64,000 nucleotides of DNA from Eledone cirrhosa (GCA_964016885.1 OZ024741.1:355818001-355882000), one strand, 5' to 3'; shown: positions 46,288-59,285, numbered from the stretch's first letter. Program-made: numbers and translations. Notes: generated by a model not told the origin, from the letters alone.

Positions 46288-49200
46288 TTTCTTTATTAGC
46301 CACAAGGGCGCACAAGAAGAGGGGACAATACAAAGACATGCCGGGGATTTTACATACAGTCGTGTAAAAAATATAAAAACAAACAATTACAACAATCGAA
46401 ATCCCCAATAGGGGGAGGCGCCACAAATGGGTTGTTTAATACCCCGTCGCTAGAACAACCTTCAACTCCAGGAGCGTGTTGTGCAAGTGCTCCTTTCTTC
46501 CTTTTGCTCTCTTCCTCAACCTACAGGCTTATAAATAGAGAAGGCCCAATCACTCGAGCCATTTTTGCTTCATTCACCCACCTTTCAGTAAATTTACTGG
46601 AGTGCAGTGCCTCTCTCTCCCTTCTGATTCTCCTTCTAAAGTGATACTTAAATAAGGGAATCAATTGTTGTCCAGAGAGAAAGGCATCTGTCCTCAGTCC
46701 TCTCAACCTCGTCCACCATATAACTTCTTTCACCATAGTCACCGTACAGAGGAAAACCGCCTCTCTTTCGTTTTTGAAAGAGGCTGGCGGTTTGATCCTT
46801 ACTATGGACTCGGCAGTCAACTGGATTTGTCCCATACGCGACAGCAGTTGTTCTGCATAGTTCCACAGGTCAGTTACGCCCGGGCAGTGTACAATTGCGT
46901 GCAGGACTGTTTCAATGTCCTGCGCGCATCTTGGACACGTCTTCTTGGAAGGATCCCTGCCGGGGCGTCCGTGCCTGTAGATCTTGTCACGAACCGGTAG
47001 AGCTCCTCGGTAGCACTGCCAGGCCAGGGACCTCTGGAAGTTGTCTATAGGTCCCGGGCGGAAAGTCCTACCAAATAAACTGGTGAGCTCATCGTCTTCG
47101 ACGCCCAGAGTCTCTCCGAGCACGTCGTCGCCCTTGTAACGTACCATCCCTCTATAGAATGTCGAAGTGGAGTCTCCACTGATTTCTGCGCCCGCTTGCC
47201 AGAGGACTGTGAGCGCCTGAACGCATTCAATGTGCCAGGCGCCCATCGTTTTCGGTCTTTTCTTCACCCAGGACTGCAGCTCCGTCAGTGAGACGAGCTG
47301 TGGGAAAGCCTGTCTCACAAACGGTGCCTACACCGGTTGGGGATCGGTGAGGAATACCTGGAGGTGTCGCAGCCTCAGTGCATGTTTGCGCATCATCAGC
47401 CACAGCATTCCCAGCCCTCCGTTGGAAGGGTGCTGACAGCAGACGGATCTCCTCACCAGCGGAGACTGCTTCTTCCACAGAAACTGGAAGAGCATGCGTT
47501 CCATCTTGGCGAGGACAAGGTACGACAGTCAAGTGGTAGTAGATGACGGACGCTATGAAAGTGTTCGCCACCTCCGCTCGACCTTTCAAGGACAGTTTGC
47601 ACTCTGCCCACTTCTGGGTGAGTGCAAACACCTTGACCGTGACCTCGTTCCAGTGTTTTTTCACCTGGAGGTCTGGACCGAACCAGACCCCGAGCAGCTT
47701 CACCGGTCCGTCCGTCCAGCGTCCAACGACGCTGTCGGACGTCATCGGTTTGCCTCTCCACGTACCGAGTTGTAAACCGACAGACTTGTCCAGATTTAGT
47801 TTTGCTCCCGTCAGCGTTTCGTATTCTTTCAGTAAGTTTCCGATCACCCCGATTTTCGAGGTGGTCGACACCATTACCGTCACGTCGTCGGCATAAGCCG
47901 ACGCCGCTTTGCGCAGTCCCGGTTCTAGAAGGATGCCCTGCAACAGCTCAAATTTCCGCAGTAGTGGCTCTAGAGTCAATACAATGGAGGAGAGAAGGCA
48001 CCCCTGTTGAATGGAACGCGTGATTGCGAACGGCTCCGATAGGTAGCCGTTCACCTTGACCCTCGAGCAGATGCTGGTGTGCATCGCCTCGATTCATCCT
48101 CTGAACACGGGACCGAAACCGGCCGCCTTGAGAACCGCTTCCAAGTATCGATGGTCGACCCTATCGAATGCCTTAGACTGATCCAAGTTGATCAGAGCCC
48201 CACCGAAGCCGGGTTTACTACCCACCCTCTCTATGATGTATCGCATGAGGTGGAGGTTGTCGTGTATGGACCTGGTCGGGATTGCGCACGTTTGCGCTTT
48301 TCCTACCAGGTTCTCGACGACAAGCGCCAACGTCGTCGCTAGCACCTTGGCCAAAATCTTTAACTCTGTGTTGAGCAGAGTTATGGGCCTGAAGTTGTTA
48401 ATTTCGTCCCCCTTGTTCTCGTCTTTCCTGATCAGCGTTACTACGCCCTTGCCTGCAGAACTGGGAATTCTCCCGTTCTGCTGCCAATTGCAGTAGACGG
48501 CTTCGAGGACGCCAGAGAACAAGTCCGGCATGCCTATGTAAAACTCGTAGGGTAGACCATCTAGACCGGGTGACTTCCGTTTCCCGCAGCGGCCCAGAGC
48601 GTTCCGTATCTCAGTGTCCGTGATCGGTCTTTCTCAGAACTCGGCGTCCGTGTTCGAGAGACGCGGCAGGCCGTCGAGGTATGAACTAAAGTCCATTTCC
48701 CCGTTCGGCTCACCGTCGTTCTGCTCAAACAGTCGCACAAAGTGCCGCCGAAAGGCCGCGCACATTTGCTTGGGGTCAAGTAGCACGCGTCCGTTTTGGT
48801 CTTTCAAAGACCGAATTGTGGACTTGTTGCCACTTTTTGCCTCCGCCACTCGGGCCCAGTTGACAGCTTTCGCTCCTTCGTTTCCTAGAGCAAGTGTTTT
48901 GCTTCTGACCACGCAGCCTTCGTGTTTCGCATCGAAGAACTGGTCCAGTGCCATTCTCGACGCTAACAATCTAGCCGCGTTGCCACTTCTAAGCGCCTCC
49001 TCTACCTTGGCTACTAGTTCTCTTTCTATTCTGTTTTTCTTTAAGGCTAACTCTCTGCTATACCCTATCGATTCTATTCTAATTGCTTTCTTGAGAGAGT
49101 ACCACCATCTATTGTTGACGATGGCTCCCGTTAACTGTTGCTTGACTAGTCTACTTGTCCGTTCACTGTAAGCTTTACGTGCCGGCAACGACACGTTCAG

Positions 49201-52000
49201 CTTCCAGTATCCGGGACCCTGTCTATGTATTCTATCACGGTTGACTAACCAGACGACTAACTTGTGATCTGAATAGGCAACCATGTGCATTCGTGGACAG
49301 CTTAACATCTCCTAGTCCCTTTCTCTAATGAAGAACCTATCTAAATACGATCTAGATGTCCCACTGCGGTTTGCCCACGTCCTCTGTGGTGCAGTCGGGA
49401 AATCCAGTCGATACCTATCGGCTAGTTGGAATTGGCCGATTAAAGTTTTGAGGCTGTTGCACCCCGCTCTACTGGGACATGCTCCCACATAGTCCATCGT
49501 GCATCTAGGATACCATTCCAGTCCCCCACTAAAAGTAAGGAGCGAGACGTTCCAAGAAAAGACTAGACGCTTAAAGAAGTCTGGCCATGATTGTGATTGC
49601 CCGGTCGGGGCATAAACGGCCACCAGTCTGAGGGCTCCACCTCCGATACTGTTCACGTCTAGGACTACCAGTCTACCCTCCGGGTCCAAGTGTACTTGCT
49701 GTACTCCAACGTCCAGGTTCTTCCGAAACATGACAGCCATTCCACCTCCACCTTCTGGCTGACAGAGAGATGCGTAGATCTCAAAGTCGTCGAAGATGGG
49801 GGTTAGTTGCTGCCTGTTGTGGATCCTGGACTCGGTGATGGCTATCACATCCATACTGTGTGACCTAAGGTCGGTTAATAGTTGGCCCTGTTTCCAGGGC
49901 ATCCCTATGCCACGCACATTCACGGTTCCAACTCGTAAACCAGCCATGTTGGTGAAGAAAAGTTGGAGAAAAAGGACGAAAGGTGCACTTACCTTTTCGT
50001 TTCCTGGAGATCGGGTTGTTCAATCTCCATTTGGGTGCTGGATGGGGTTTTGGTGGGGTGGGGAAACGTTTTAACAGGACGCGGTTGATGGGATTGTGGC
50101 AGGGGTTGCTCACGTCCTGTGAAAATTTTTTTTTAGGTCATTATAGTTTTCCATAGAAACCCTTATAAGTTTAATGTGTGGAGACGATTCTGCCTTGACA
50201 AAAGTTTTGCCCCCCGTCTCCACCTTGGGGTTCTGGGAGATGACCTCCATCAAACTCTTGTTGTTTGTGTTGGTGTATCCGTATTGTTATTTGTGTTTTT
50301 GTTGTGTTGTTTTAGTTTGTTGTTCGTCCGGGAGTTTTATTTTTATGGTGGGTGCTTGTGTTTGGGGTGGTGTTGGTGCTGGTTTTGCTGATAGGGGGAT
50401 GTTTGACTGTAGTGTTGTTTGTGTTGTTGTTTGTGTCTGTGGTTGTGTGTTGGTGTTGGTGATTGGAGTTTTGTGGGTTTTGTGGTGTCTCTTTTTTTGT
50501 TTTTTAGATTTCCGCGGTTCTACCTCTTCTTCACTTAAAGGGGGAGAAGCAGCTTCATCCGTCGATGAATAATCATCGTCAGGTGTGTGGGGTAAGGGTA
50601 TTTTGTGTGGTGGTGGTGTTTCGGTTTGTGTGTTTGTGGTAGTGTTTCATGGAGTAGGATGGAGTGGGGCTGTGTTCTTCAGGGGTGTTGTCTCTGTTTT
50701 TTTCTGTCGTTGTTGTTTGTTTTGGTGTGGTTGCTCGTTTCGTCTGTCGTTGTACTTGGTGTTGGTGTTGGTAATAATGTTTTTTTTATGATGTTCTTGT
50801 TGTCTGTTTGTGGACAAGAGGCTTTTAGGTGAGCTGTGCTACCACAGCGAAAGCAATGAAATTTTCGTTCTTCTACCGAAATGTTTATTTTGTTGTTATT
50901 ATCAATAACGGCTCTTTCGGGTATTTTGGAGATTCTCTCCGGTTTCATTTGCAACAGAATCTCCAAATCTGTGTCCGCCTACCTTTGTCGAATAGATTTT
51001 CGTATCGAAAGTATCATATCAGTTTCTGGCTATACGAAGCTAGCCAAGATCCACCAGATGTTAATGTTTGGAGGTATGTTTAATTTTTATTTTTTGTGTC
51101 CTTTTTCCCATGTATGTAGGGAAAAAGGTGTATGCTTTTGACACCATTGGTGTCACAGATTTTTTTGGGCGAGTGCCTCGCTTTTAAACAGTGCGGAAAC
51201 GCTTCTGTACTGTTTTCCTCGCTGGAGAAAATCGACATTTGCTAGAATTTCCGTGAAAGTATCTTCTATATCTGCTTGGTTAACAAATGTCAGCTTTCTT
51301 GTGGAATTTGACACAGTCCTAAAAGTGAATGATCTGCGGATTGTGTCTTCCTTTATTTTAAGGGGTGAGTTAATTCTAAACCCACCTCTCTCTTCGAAAG
51401 TTACAAATTTTCTCCCTTGCTGGAGCATATCTCTTGCATTGGAGATATCAAGATTTATAAAATCTTGTTTTTTTGTTCACTGTTTCAGCGAAATACCTTT
51501 TCTTTTTTTGTGTGGTGTTGTGGTTGTTGTTGTTGTTATCGTTGTTGGAAATCTCAGTTCCTTGTCGAGGTGAAATATTATGTGTAGATGTATCTGTAGA
51601 GTTGTTGATGTCTTTTTCATGTGTATGTATGTTAATGGGTTTAATTCCGACGGTAGAAATTTTAAAATTTTCAAGTGTTAATATATTTTTCTCTTTGTTG
51701 ACACTTGTATCTATGGCGACGTCCATAGTAGCAGAAGCAGATATAACGTTAATATCTGCCTCTTTCTCTCTCTTTTCTCTATTAACGTTCTCCAGCGTTC
51801 TTGTGTTGCTCAAGTTATTTAGTTTGTAAAATCTGATATTTTAAAACAAACTTTTAAAATAAAATTTTCACCCAGCTGACAATTCAGCTTGGGGGTTAAT
51901 CTACAAAGTGTTATGTTTTTTCAAACAATTAGTTCGGTTTTTGGCATAGAAATTAACAAAAAAGCTTACCGGCGATGTTCCACACATCAGACAGAAAGAG
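46288..52000 (-). mobile_element. Tx1/L1-clade LINE (copy B1), full length and degenerate, in (GATA)n
   Basis: ORF1 fragments at 49990-51813 (CFRCGSTAHLKASC). ORF2 fragments at 46521-49947 (GTVNVRG, ITES, YLDR, YSDH, FRPITLLN, YADD, CPRC). The 3' end is AATAAAGAAA followed by (CTAT)n. Confidence 0.93.
46521..49947 (-). pseudogene. Tx1 ORF2 (APE-RT-zinc finger), broken
   Basis: ORFs 49312-49947, 48634-49308, 48094-48531, 47227-48084 and 46521-47318. Confidence 0.9.
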
Positions 52001-52257
52001 AGATAGATAGATAGATATATTTCTTTATTAGCCACAGGGGCATAAAAGAAGGGGACAAATACAAAGGGGGAAGTTTACATACAATAAAAACGTGTAAAAT
52101 GTTATCACAAATCAATTTAAAAAATTAGTCGATTTTCCCCAATAAGGGGAGACAGTTCATATGGGTAACACATACCCCCGAAAAAAAATGTGCAACCCTC
52201 ATCTCCAGGAGTACGAAGAGTTTGTACTCCTTTCCTCTCCTCCTCCTTTTCCTCAAC

Positions 52258-55200
52258 CTACAGGCTGATATAGAGAGAAGGCCCATTCACTCGGACCATT
52301 CTCGCCACTTTCACCCACCTTTCATAAAACTTGCTGGGGTACAGCACCTCTCTCTCCATCCTGATTCTTCTTCCAAAGTGGTATTTGAAAAAAAGAATCA
52401 GTTGTTGGCCGGAGAGAAAGGTGTCTGACCTCAGCCCTTTCAACCTTGTCCACCATACAACCTCTTTCGCCATAGCTATCACACAAAGGAAAACCGCCTC
52501 TCCTTCGTTTTTGAAGGAGGGTGGCGGTTTGATCATGACAATGGACTCGGTGGTCAACTGGATTGGTCCCACCCGCGACAATAGTCGTTCTACATAGCCC
52601 CACAGGTCAGTGACGCCCGGGCAGTGTATGAATGCGTGCGCGACGGTTTCTTCGTCTCGCACGCACCTCGGACAGATCTTTTTTGCAGGGTCCCTGCCCG
52701 GGCGCCCATGTCTGTAGAGCTTGTCTCGAACTGGTAGAGCTCCTCGATAGCACTCCCAGGCCAGGGACTTTTGGAAGTTGTCCATCGGTCCCGGGCGGAA
52801 GGTCCTACCGAACAGACTGGCCAGTTCATCTTCCTCTACGCCTAGAGTTTCACCGAGCGCGTTGTCGCACTTGTTGCGGACCAACCCTCTATAGAATGAC
52901 GAAGTGGAGTCTCCACTGATCGCCGGGTCCGCCTGCCAGAGGGCTGTGAGCGCCTGAGCACATTCGATGTGCCAGTCGCCCATTTTCCTCGGTCTTTGCT
53001 TGACCCAGGACTGCAGCTCGGTCAGCGAGACGAGTCGTGGGAAGGCTCGCCTCACGAACGGGGCCCACACCGGTTGTTCGGTGAGGAATACGTAGAGATG
53101 CCGCAGCCTGAGCGCGTGTTTGCGCATCGTCAACCACGGCATCCCCAGCCCTCCGTTAGAAGGGTGTTGGCAGCAGATGGATCTTCTCACCAAAGGAGCC
53201 CGCCTCTTCCAAAGGAATCGGAAGAGCACGCGCTCCATTTTGGCGAGCGTTTTGGCTGGACAAGGCACGACGGTCAAGCGGTAGTAGATGGCGGACGCTA
53301 TAAAAGTGTTCGCCACCTCCGCTCGACCTTTCAAGGATAGTTTGCACTCGGCCCACTTCTGGGTGAGTGCAAACACCTTGGCCGTCACTTCGTTCCAGTT
53401 CTTCTCCACCTGGAGGTCCGGACCAAACCAGACCCCGAGCAGCTTTACCGGTCCTTCCGTCCAGCGTCCGACGACGCCATCGGAAGGCATCGGTCTGCCT
53501 CTCCACGATCCGAGTTGCAAACCGATGGACTTGTCCCGGTTCAGCTTCGCTACTGTGACACTTTCGTATTCCTTCAGTAAGGTGCCGACTTCCTCAATTT
53601 GCGAGGCGCTCGACACCATTACTGTCACGTCGTCGGCGTAGGCCGACGCCTCTTTCCGCAGTCCCGGTTCCAGAGGGATGCCCTGCAATAGCTCCAGCTT
53701 CCGCAGTAGTGGCTCGAGAGTGAGTACGTACAGAAGGGAGGAGAGAGGGCATCTCTGTCGAATGGATCGCGTAATATGGAACGGCTCCGAGAGGTAGCCG
53801 TTCACCTTGACCCTTGAGCAGATGTTGCTGTTGTGCATTGCAGCGATCCAGCCCCTGAACACGGGTCCGAAGCCTGCCGCCACGAGCACCGCAACCAGGT
53901 AACGATGGTCAACCCTATCGAAAGCCTTAGACTGATCCAAGTTGATCAGGGCCCCACTGAAGCCGGGTTTACACCCTACCCTCTCTATGATGTATCGCAT
54001 GAGGTGGAGGTTGTCGTGTATGGACCTGGTCTTGATTGCGCATGTCTGCGCTTCTCCCACCAGGTTCTCGACGACAAGCGCCAGCCTCTTTGCCAACAGC
54101 TTGGCCAAAATCTGTAACTCTGTGTTTAGCAGAGTTATGGGCCGGAAGTTGCCTATGTCATCTCCCTTATTCTCGTCCTTCCTGATTAGTGTGACCACGC
54201 CCCCGGTCACAGAACTGGGAATTCTCCCGTTCTGTTGCCAGTTGCAGTAGACCGCTTCCAGGAGACCGGAGAATAAGTCCGGCATTGCTATGTAAAATTC
54301 GTAGGGTAGACCGTCGAGACCTGGAGATTTGCGTTTGCCGCATAGGCTCAGCGCGTCCCCTATCTCAGTGGCTGAAATCGGCTTTTCGCAGAACTTTGCC
54401 TCGCTGTCCTAGAGTCGCGGTAGGCCGTCGAGGTATGGACCGAAATCCATAGCCTCTCACGGCGCGCCGCCCCCCCCCGAACAGCCGAGCAAAGTGCCGC
54501 TGAAAAGCCGCACACATCTGCTTCGGCTCACGTATCACGCGTCCGTTTTGGTCCTTCAAAGACCGAATCGTGGACCTGTTGCCACTTTTTGCCTCCGTCA
54601 CTCGGGCCCAGCTAACAGCTTTGGCTCCCTCGTTTCCCAGAGCACGTATTTTGCTTCTGACAACGCAGCCCTCGTGCTTTGCGTCGAAGAACTGGTCCAA
54701 GGCCGTTCTCGTTGCTAGCACGCTGGCTACGTTGCCACTTCTAATTGCCTCTTCTACTTTATCTACCAGTTCCTTCTCGGTTCTATTTCTATCTAACGCT
54801 AATTCTTTACTAAAAACTATCGAGTCTAATCTAACTGCCCTCTTGAGAGAGTACCACCATCTGTTGTTGACAATGGCCCCTGCCAAGTGCTGTTTAACTA
54901 AAGTGCTAATCCGTCTACTGTAGACTTTGCTTGTCGGTAACGACAAGTTCAGCTTCCAGTAGCCGGGTCCTTGTCTATGGGTTCTATCAAGGTTGGCCAT
55001 GCAGGTCACTAGTTTGTGATCTGAATAGGCAACCATGAACATTTGTGGACAGCTTAACATGTCCCTATCCTTATTTCTAACTAGAACCCTATCTAGGTAC
55101 GATCTAGATGTTCCGCTACGATTACTCCACGTCCACAGTGGCGCAGTCGGAAAATCTAGTCGATATCTATCGGCCAGGTCAAATCGGTCGATTAACTGTT

Positions 55201-55696
55201 TGAGGCTGTTACACCCCCCTTTATCGGGACATGCTCCCACATAGTCCCAACGTGCATCTAGGATTCCATTCCAGTCCCCCACTAAAAGCAAGGAGCAGGA
55301 CGTTCCCAGAAAAGTCTCTAGACGTTTGAAGAAGTCTGGCCGCGGTGTCCCGGATGGAGCATATGCGGCCACCAGCCTGAAGGCTCCACCTTCACTACCG
55401 TCAACGTCTAGGACCACCAGTCGACCCTCCGGGTCCAGATGTACCGTCTATGTTACGAGGCCCAGGTGTTTCCGCAGCAAAACGGCAACTCCGCCCCCAC
55501 CCCCCGGTTGACAGAGAGATGCGTAGATCTCAAAGTCATCGAAGATGGGGGCCAGCTGTCGCTCGCCGTGGATCCTGGACTCGCAAATGGCTACCACATC
55601 CATACTGTGCGACCTGAGGTCGTTTAAGAGTTTGCCCTGTTTCCAGGGCATCCACAGGCCGCGTACGTTCACACATCCAACTCTTATATTGGTCAT
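52258..55696 (-). pseudogene. Tx1 ORF2 (APE-RT-zinc finger) with about two frame breaks, which could be sequencing errors
   Basis: ORFs 55448-55696, 54365-55417 and 52258-54285. Catalytic motifs retained: N..E, GDWN, LDR, SDH, YADD. Confidence 0.9.
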
Positions 55697-57645
55697 GTTG
55701 GTGCTGAAAAGTTAAAAGAGGAAAAGAGATCACTCACCCTTCGCCTCCTGGGGACCAGGCCGCACGATTTCCATGGGGGTGTTGGAGGGGTTGTCTGGAT
55801 GGGTGGTGGTTTCCGGCGGGGTGGGGACGCAGATGTTTGGTGGGGTGGGGTCTGGTGGGATGGGGATGTCTGGGATGGGAGGCATTTGAGAAGGACGCGG
55901 TTGAGTGGTTTCACGCAGGAATTCCCCACATCCTTCTCAAATGTTTCTTTTAGGGACCTATAAGTTTGTATAGGGACCCTAATCAGTTTTAGGTTCAGTT
56001 TTTTGCTATTTTTAATAGAGTGGGCGAAAGTTTTCCCTTCGGTTTTCACCGAAGGGTCGTTCGTGATGGTCTCCATTAGTGTTTTGTTTTCAGTGTTTAT
56101 GTAAGTGTAAGTGTAATTTTCTTGTGTTGTGTTTGTTTTTGTCTGTAGTTCTTGTGTGTGCTTTCGTTTTGTTGTAGGTATTTTGTTTTCAGGAGGTGGG
56201 AGTTTGGTTTGTGATATTTTTGTTGTTTGTGTTGGTGGTTGTATGTTTGTGGTAGTGTTTGCTGGTATTTTGCTTTTGTGATGTCTTTTCTTTCTTTTCG
56301 AGCGATGGGGTTCTCCCTCGTCTTCACTGGGTGATGGCGAGATAGCCTCATCTGTTGTATCGTCTGTGTGATTGGGGAGGGGTATGTCTTGGGGAGCTGT
56401 TGTGTCTGTATGTGATTTTGCAGTGGTTTTAGGTGGAGTGGGGTTGGGTGGGACTGTGTTTGTTGTGGTTATTTTTGTGTGTTGGTGTTGTTGTTGTTGT
56501 GGTGGTGTTGGTGGTTGTGTTGTTTTGATGGGTGTCGGCAGAAGAGCCTTTTTTTTGTTCATTAATTTAGGACAGGAAGCCCTCAGGTGACCCCTGCTAA
56601 AGCAATGGTAACATGAAGGCCGCCTACCCTCAACCGAAAAGTTTATGTAGGTGAGTCCGTCCAGGAGTACACGCTGTGGGGTCATAGCTATTCGCTCTGG
56701 GCTCATTTGCACCAGAATTTCAATGCTAGTCCCATTGAATACATCTCTGGGGGACTTTCCTACTGACAGTATTCTGTCTTCATCAAAATTGATGAAGCCG
56801 CACAGTATCCACCATATGTTCACCTTTGGTGTGACACTCATGATTCTGATCTTTTGTGTCCTTTTTCCCATGTATGTAGGGAAAAAGGTGTACAGGTTGG
56901 ATACAATTGGCGACACAGAGTAATTTTGAGCCGTCAATTGATCCTTCATGAGTACCGAAATACTCCCAAAAAGTTTGCTTCTTTGAATGAATGCAATATC
57001 ATTCATTGAATTTTTGAAAACCAGTTCAATTTCTTTCTGTGACAATTGGACTGGTTTTCGGGTAGAATTGGAAACTGTCCTAAAAACTATCGTTTTGAGA
57101 GCAGTTTCCTTGCGAATTTCTACCGGAGAATTGATGCTGAAAGCACCATTTTTTTCGAAAGTGACATATCTCTTAGCGTCCTTTAAAAGTTGTTCAGCAT
57201 TTGTTATGTCGAGATATATCAATTCTTCCTTCTTTTGAACTTTCTCTGCAAAGGAGATTTTTGGTTTCTTTGTGGAATCCGTATTGGTGGTGTTGTCATT
57301 ATTGTTGTTATTGTTTTTGTTATTCTTGTTGTCACCGATGTTGATAGTATTCGTCTTTTCCTTGGTGTTGTTGTTGTCTTTGATGCTGGTGTTATTGGTG
57401 TTGTCTTTATTTTTTTCTTTGTTGTTGTTATCATTGTTGCTTTTATCATCATTATTGGTTTTGCTGTTATTTTTGTTGTCATTGAACTGTTTAGTGTCAT
57501 TTGTGTTGTTTGGATATGAATTCGTTTTTACATTTTCATTTTGTCTTTCCATCTCTATAGTATCTAGTGAAGAAGACGTTGTTGACTGCGAGCTTTGTAG
57601 TCTTACCGCCTCTCCACCACCATTATCGTTGGACGCAGCGTTCAT
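55693..57645 (-). CDS. Tx1 ORF1, 650 aa, with CCHC knuckle and Asn-rich and Pro/Thr-rich regions
   Basis: Contains CYHCFSRGHLRASC. The stop overlaps the ORF2 start (ATGA). Confidence 0.88.
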   Translation of the reverse strand: MNAASNDNGGGEAVRLQSSQSTTSSSLDTIEMERQNENVKTNSYPNNTNDTKQFNDNKNNSKTNNDDKSNNDNNNKEKNKDNTNNTSIKDNNNTKEKTNTINIGDNKNNKNNNNNNDNTTNTDSTKKPKISFAEKVQKKEELIYLDITNAEQLLKDAKRYVTFEKNGAFSINSPVEIRKETALKTIVFRTVSNSTRKPVQLSQKEIELVFKNSMNDIAFIQRSKLFGSISVLMKDQLTAQNYSVSPIVSNLYTFFPTYMGKRTQKIRIMSVTPKVNIWWILCGFINFDEDRILSVGKSPRDVFNGTSIEILVQMSPERIAMTPQRVLLDGLTYINFSVEGRRPSCYHCFSRGHLRASCPKLMNKKKALLPTPIKTTQPPTPPQQQQHQHTKITTTNTVPPNPTPPKTTAKSHTDTTAPQDIPLPNHTDDTTDEAISPSPSEDEGEPHRSKRKKRHHKSKIPANTTTNIQPPTQTTKISQTKLPPPENKIPTTKRKHTQELQTKTNTTQENYTYTYINTENKTLMETITNDPSVKTEGKTFAHSIKNSKKLNLKLIRVPIQTYRSLKETFEKDVGNSCVKPLNRVLLKCLPSQTSPSHQTPPHQTSASPPRRKPPPIQTTPPTPPWKSCGLVPRRRRVSDLFSSFNFSAPT

Positions 57646-57888
57646 AACGTAATCAACATTTTACAATATTTTTTCAAAGATTCAATGGAGAAAAAATTTT
57701 TAAATGGATATTCCGCCCCTGTAGGGGCGAAAATGAGTTGACCCACCACATGAAGGTCCAGACGGGTGGTCAAGTTACACAATGATATAAAATTTAAATA
57801 AAAACTCACGTTTTTTTCTTACATAAATTAACGGAAACTTCTCCGCGAAGTTACACACGTCTGATAGATAGATAGATAGATAGATAGA

Positions 57889-58125
57889 TTTCTTTATTAG
57901 CCACAAGGGCGCAACAAGAAAAGGGGACAATACAAAGACATGTCGGGGATTTTACATACAGTCGTGTAAAAAATATAAAAACAAACAATTTCAACAATCG
58001 AAATCCCCAATAGGGGGGAGGCGCCACAAATGGGTTGTTTAATACCCCGTCGATAGAACAACCCTCAACTCCAGGAGCGTGTTGTGCAAGTGCTCCTTTC
58101 TTCCTTTTGCTCTCTTCCTCAACCT

Positions 58126-58126
<1 letters not shown>
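57889..58126 (-). mobile_element. 3'UTR-only copy of the Tx1 B1 family in (GATA)n
   Basis: Nearly identical to 46288-46523. Confidence 0.9.

Positions 58127-58200
<74 letters not shown>
58127..58200. repeat. (GATA)n microsatellite
   Basis: Pure run. Confidence 0.95.
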
Positions 58201-58202
58201 TG

Positions 58203-58562
58203 TTTCTTTATTAGCCACAGGGGCACAAAATAAGGGGACACATACAAAGGGGGAAGTTTACATACAATAAAAACGTGTAAAATGTTATCACAAATGCAAT
58301 TAAAAAAATTAGTCGATTTTCCCCAATAAGGGGAGACAGTTCATATGGGTAACACATACCCCCGAAAAAATGTGCAACCCTCATCTCCAGGAGTACGAAG
58401 AGTTTGCACTCCTTTCCTCTCCTCCTCCTTTTCCTCAACCTACAGGCTGATATAGAGAGAAGGCCCATTCACTCGGGCCATTCTAGCCACTTTCACCCAC
58501 CTTTCATAAAACTCTCCATCCTGATTATTCTTCCAAAGTGGTATTTGAAAAAAAGAATCAGT
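58203..58562 (-). mobile_element. 5'-truncated 3' fragment of the Tx1 B2 family in (GATA)n
   Basis: Matches 52020-52403 with a ~22-bp deletion. Followed by (GATA)n. Confidence 0.9.
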
Positions 58563-58909
58563 TAGATAGATACATAGATAGATAGATAGATAGATAGTAA
58601 TAATAATAAATTTGAAGACTAAAATCCAAAGGGCTCGATAAGGAAAAATATATATCAAATATATAAGAACCCTAGAGCAAATATTTATGAAAATAACTGC
58701 GTTCACAGATTGATTTTTTTTAGTGTCAGAAGATCCCGTTAAGGGTAAAGCAGCGATTCTTTGCTTAAACTTTAATCAGTTATTTTAATAAATATTTGCT
58801 CTAGGGTTCTTATATCTATCTATCTATCTATCTACGTGTGTATGAGTATTTGTGCATGTTCGTGTGTGTGTGTGTGTGTGTGTGCGTGTGTATGTACGTG
58901 TGTGTGTAT

Positions 58910-58966
<57 letters not shown>

Positions 58967-59197
58967 GAAACACACAGATACATGCGGACACACACATATA
59001 TACATGAATGCATCCGCACCCAACTGTGAGTTAAGGGTGCCAACTTCACCGATGTTGCTCAATGAATGACTGGGACAGACCAATTCAGTTTGAACCAGAC
59101 TGAACCAGTATCAGAGTTAAAAATACATTATGAAGAGAGAAGAAACATTTAGATAAAATTAGTAATAAAATGTATCATACCTAAACTGCTCCTAAAT

Positions 59198-59285
59198 TCC
59201 TCGACTACGTAGTTTCGTGGCATAAACAAAAACAATATATCAAAGATATAGAGTCCTTGCGAGGTCTGCCAACTTATCAAGAGGA
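59198..59285 (-). ncRNA. Type I hammerhead with U3-A8 core and a long stem-II insert
   Basis: TCCTC-TTGATAA-GTTGGCA..(~44 nt)..TGCCAC-GAAA-CTACGTAG-TC-GAGGA. Confidence 0.75.

Larger units (their letters stand above)
52020..57862 (-). mobile_element. Tx1/L1-clade LINE (copy B2), full length and nearly intact, in (GATA)n
   Basis: Intact ORF1 and ORF2 in three pieces. (GATA)n at 52002-52016 and 57863-57888. Confidence 0.95.
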
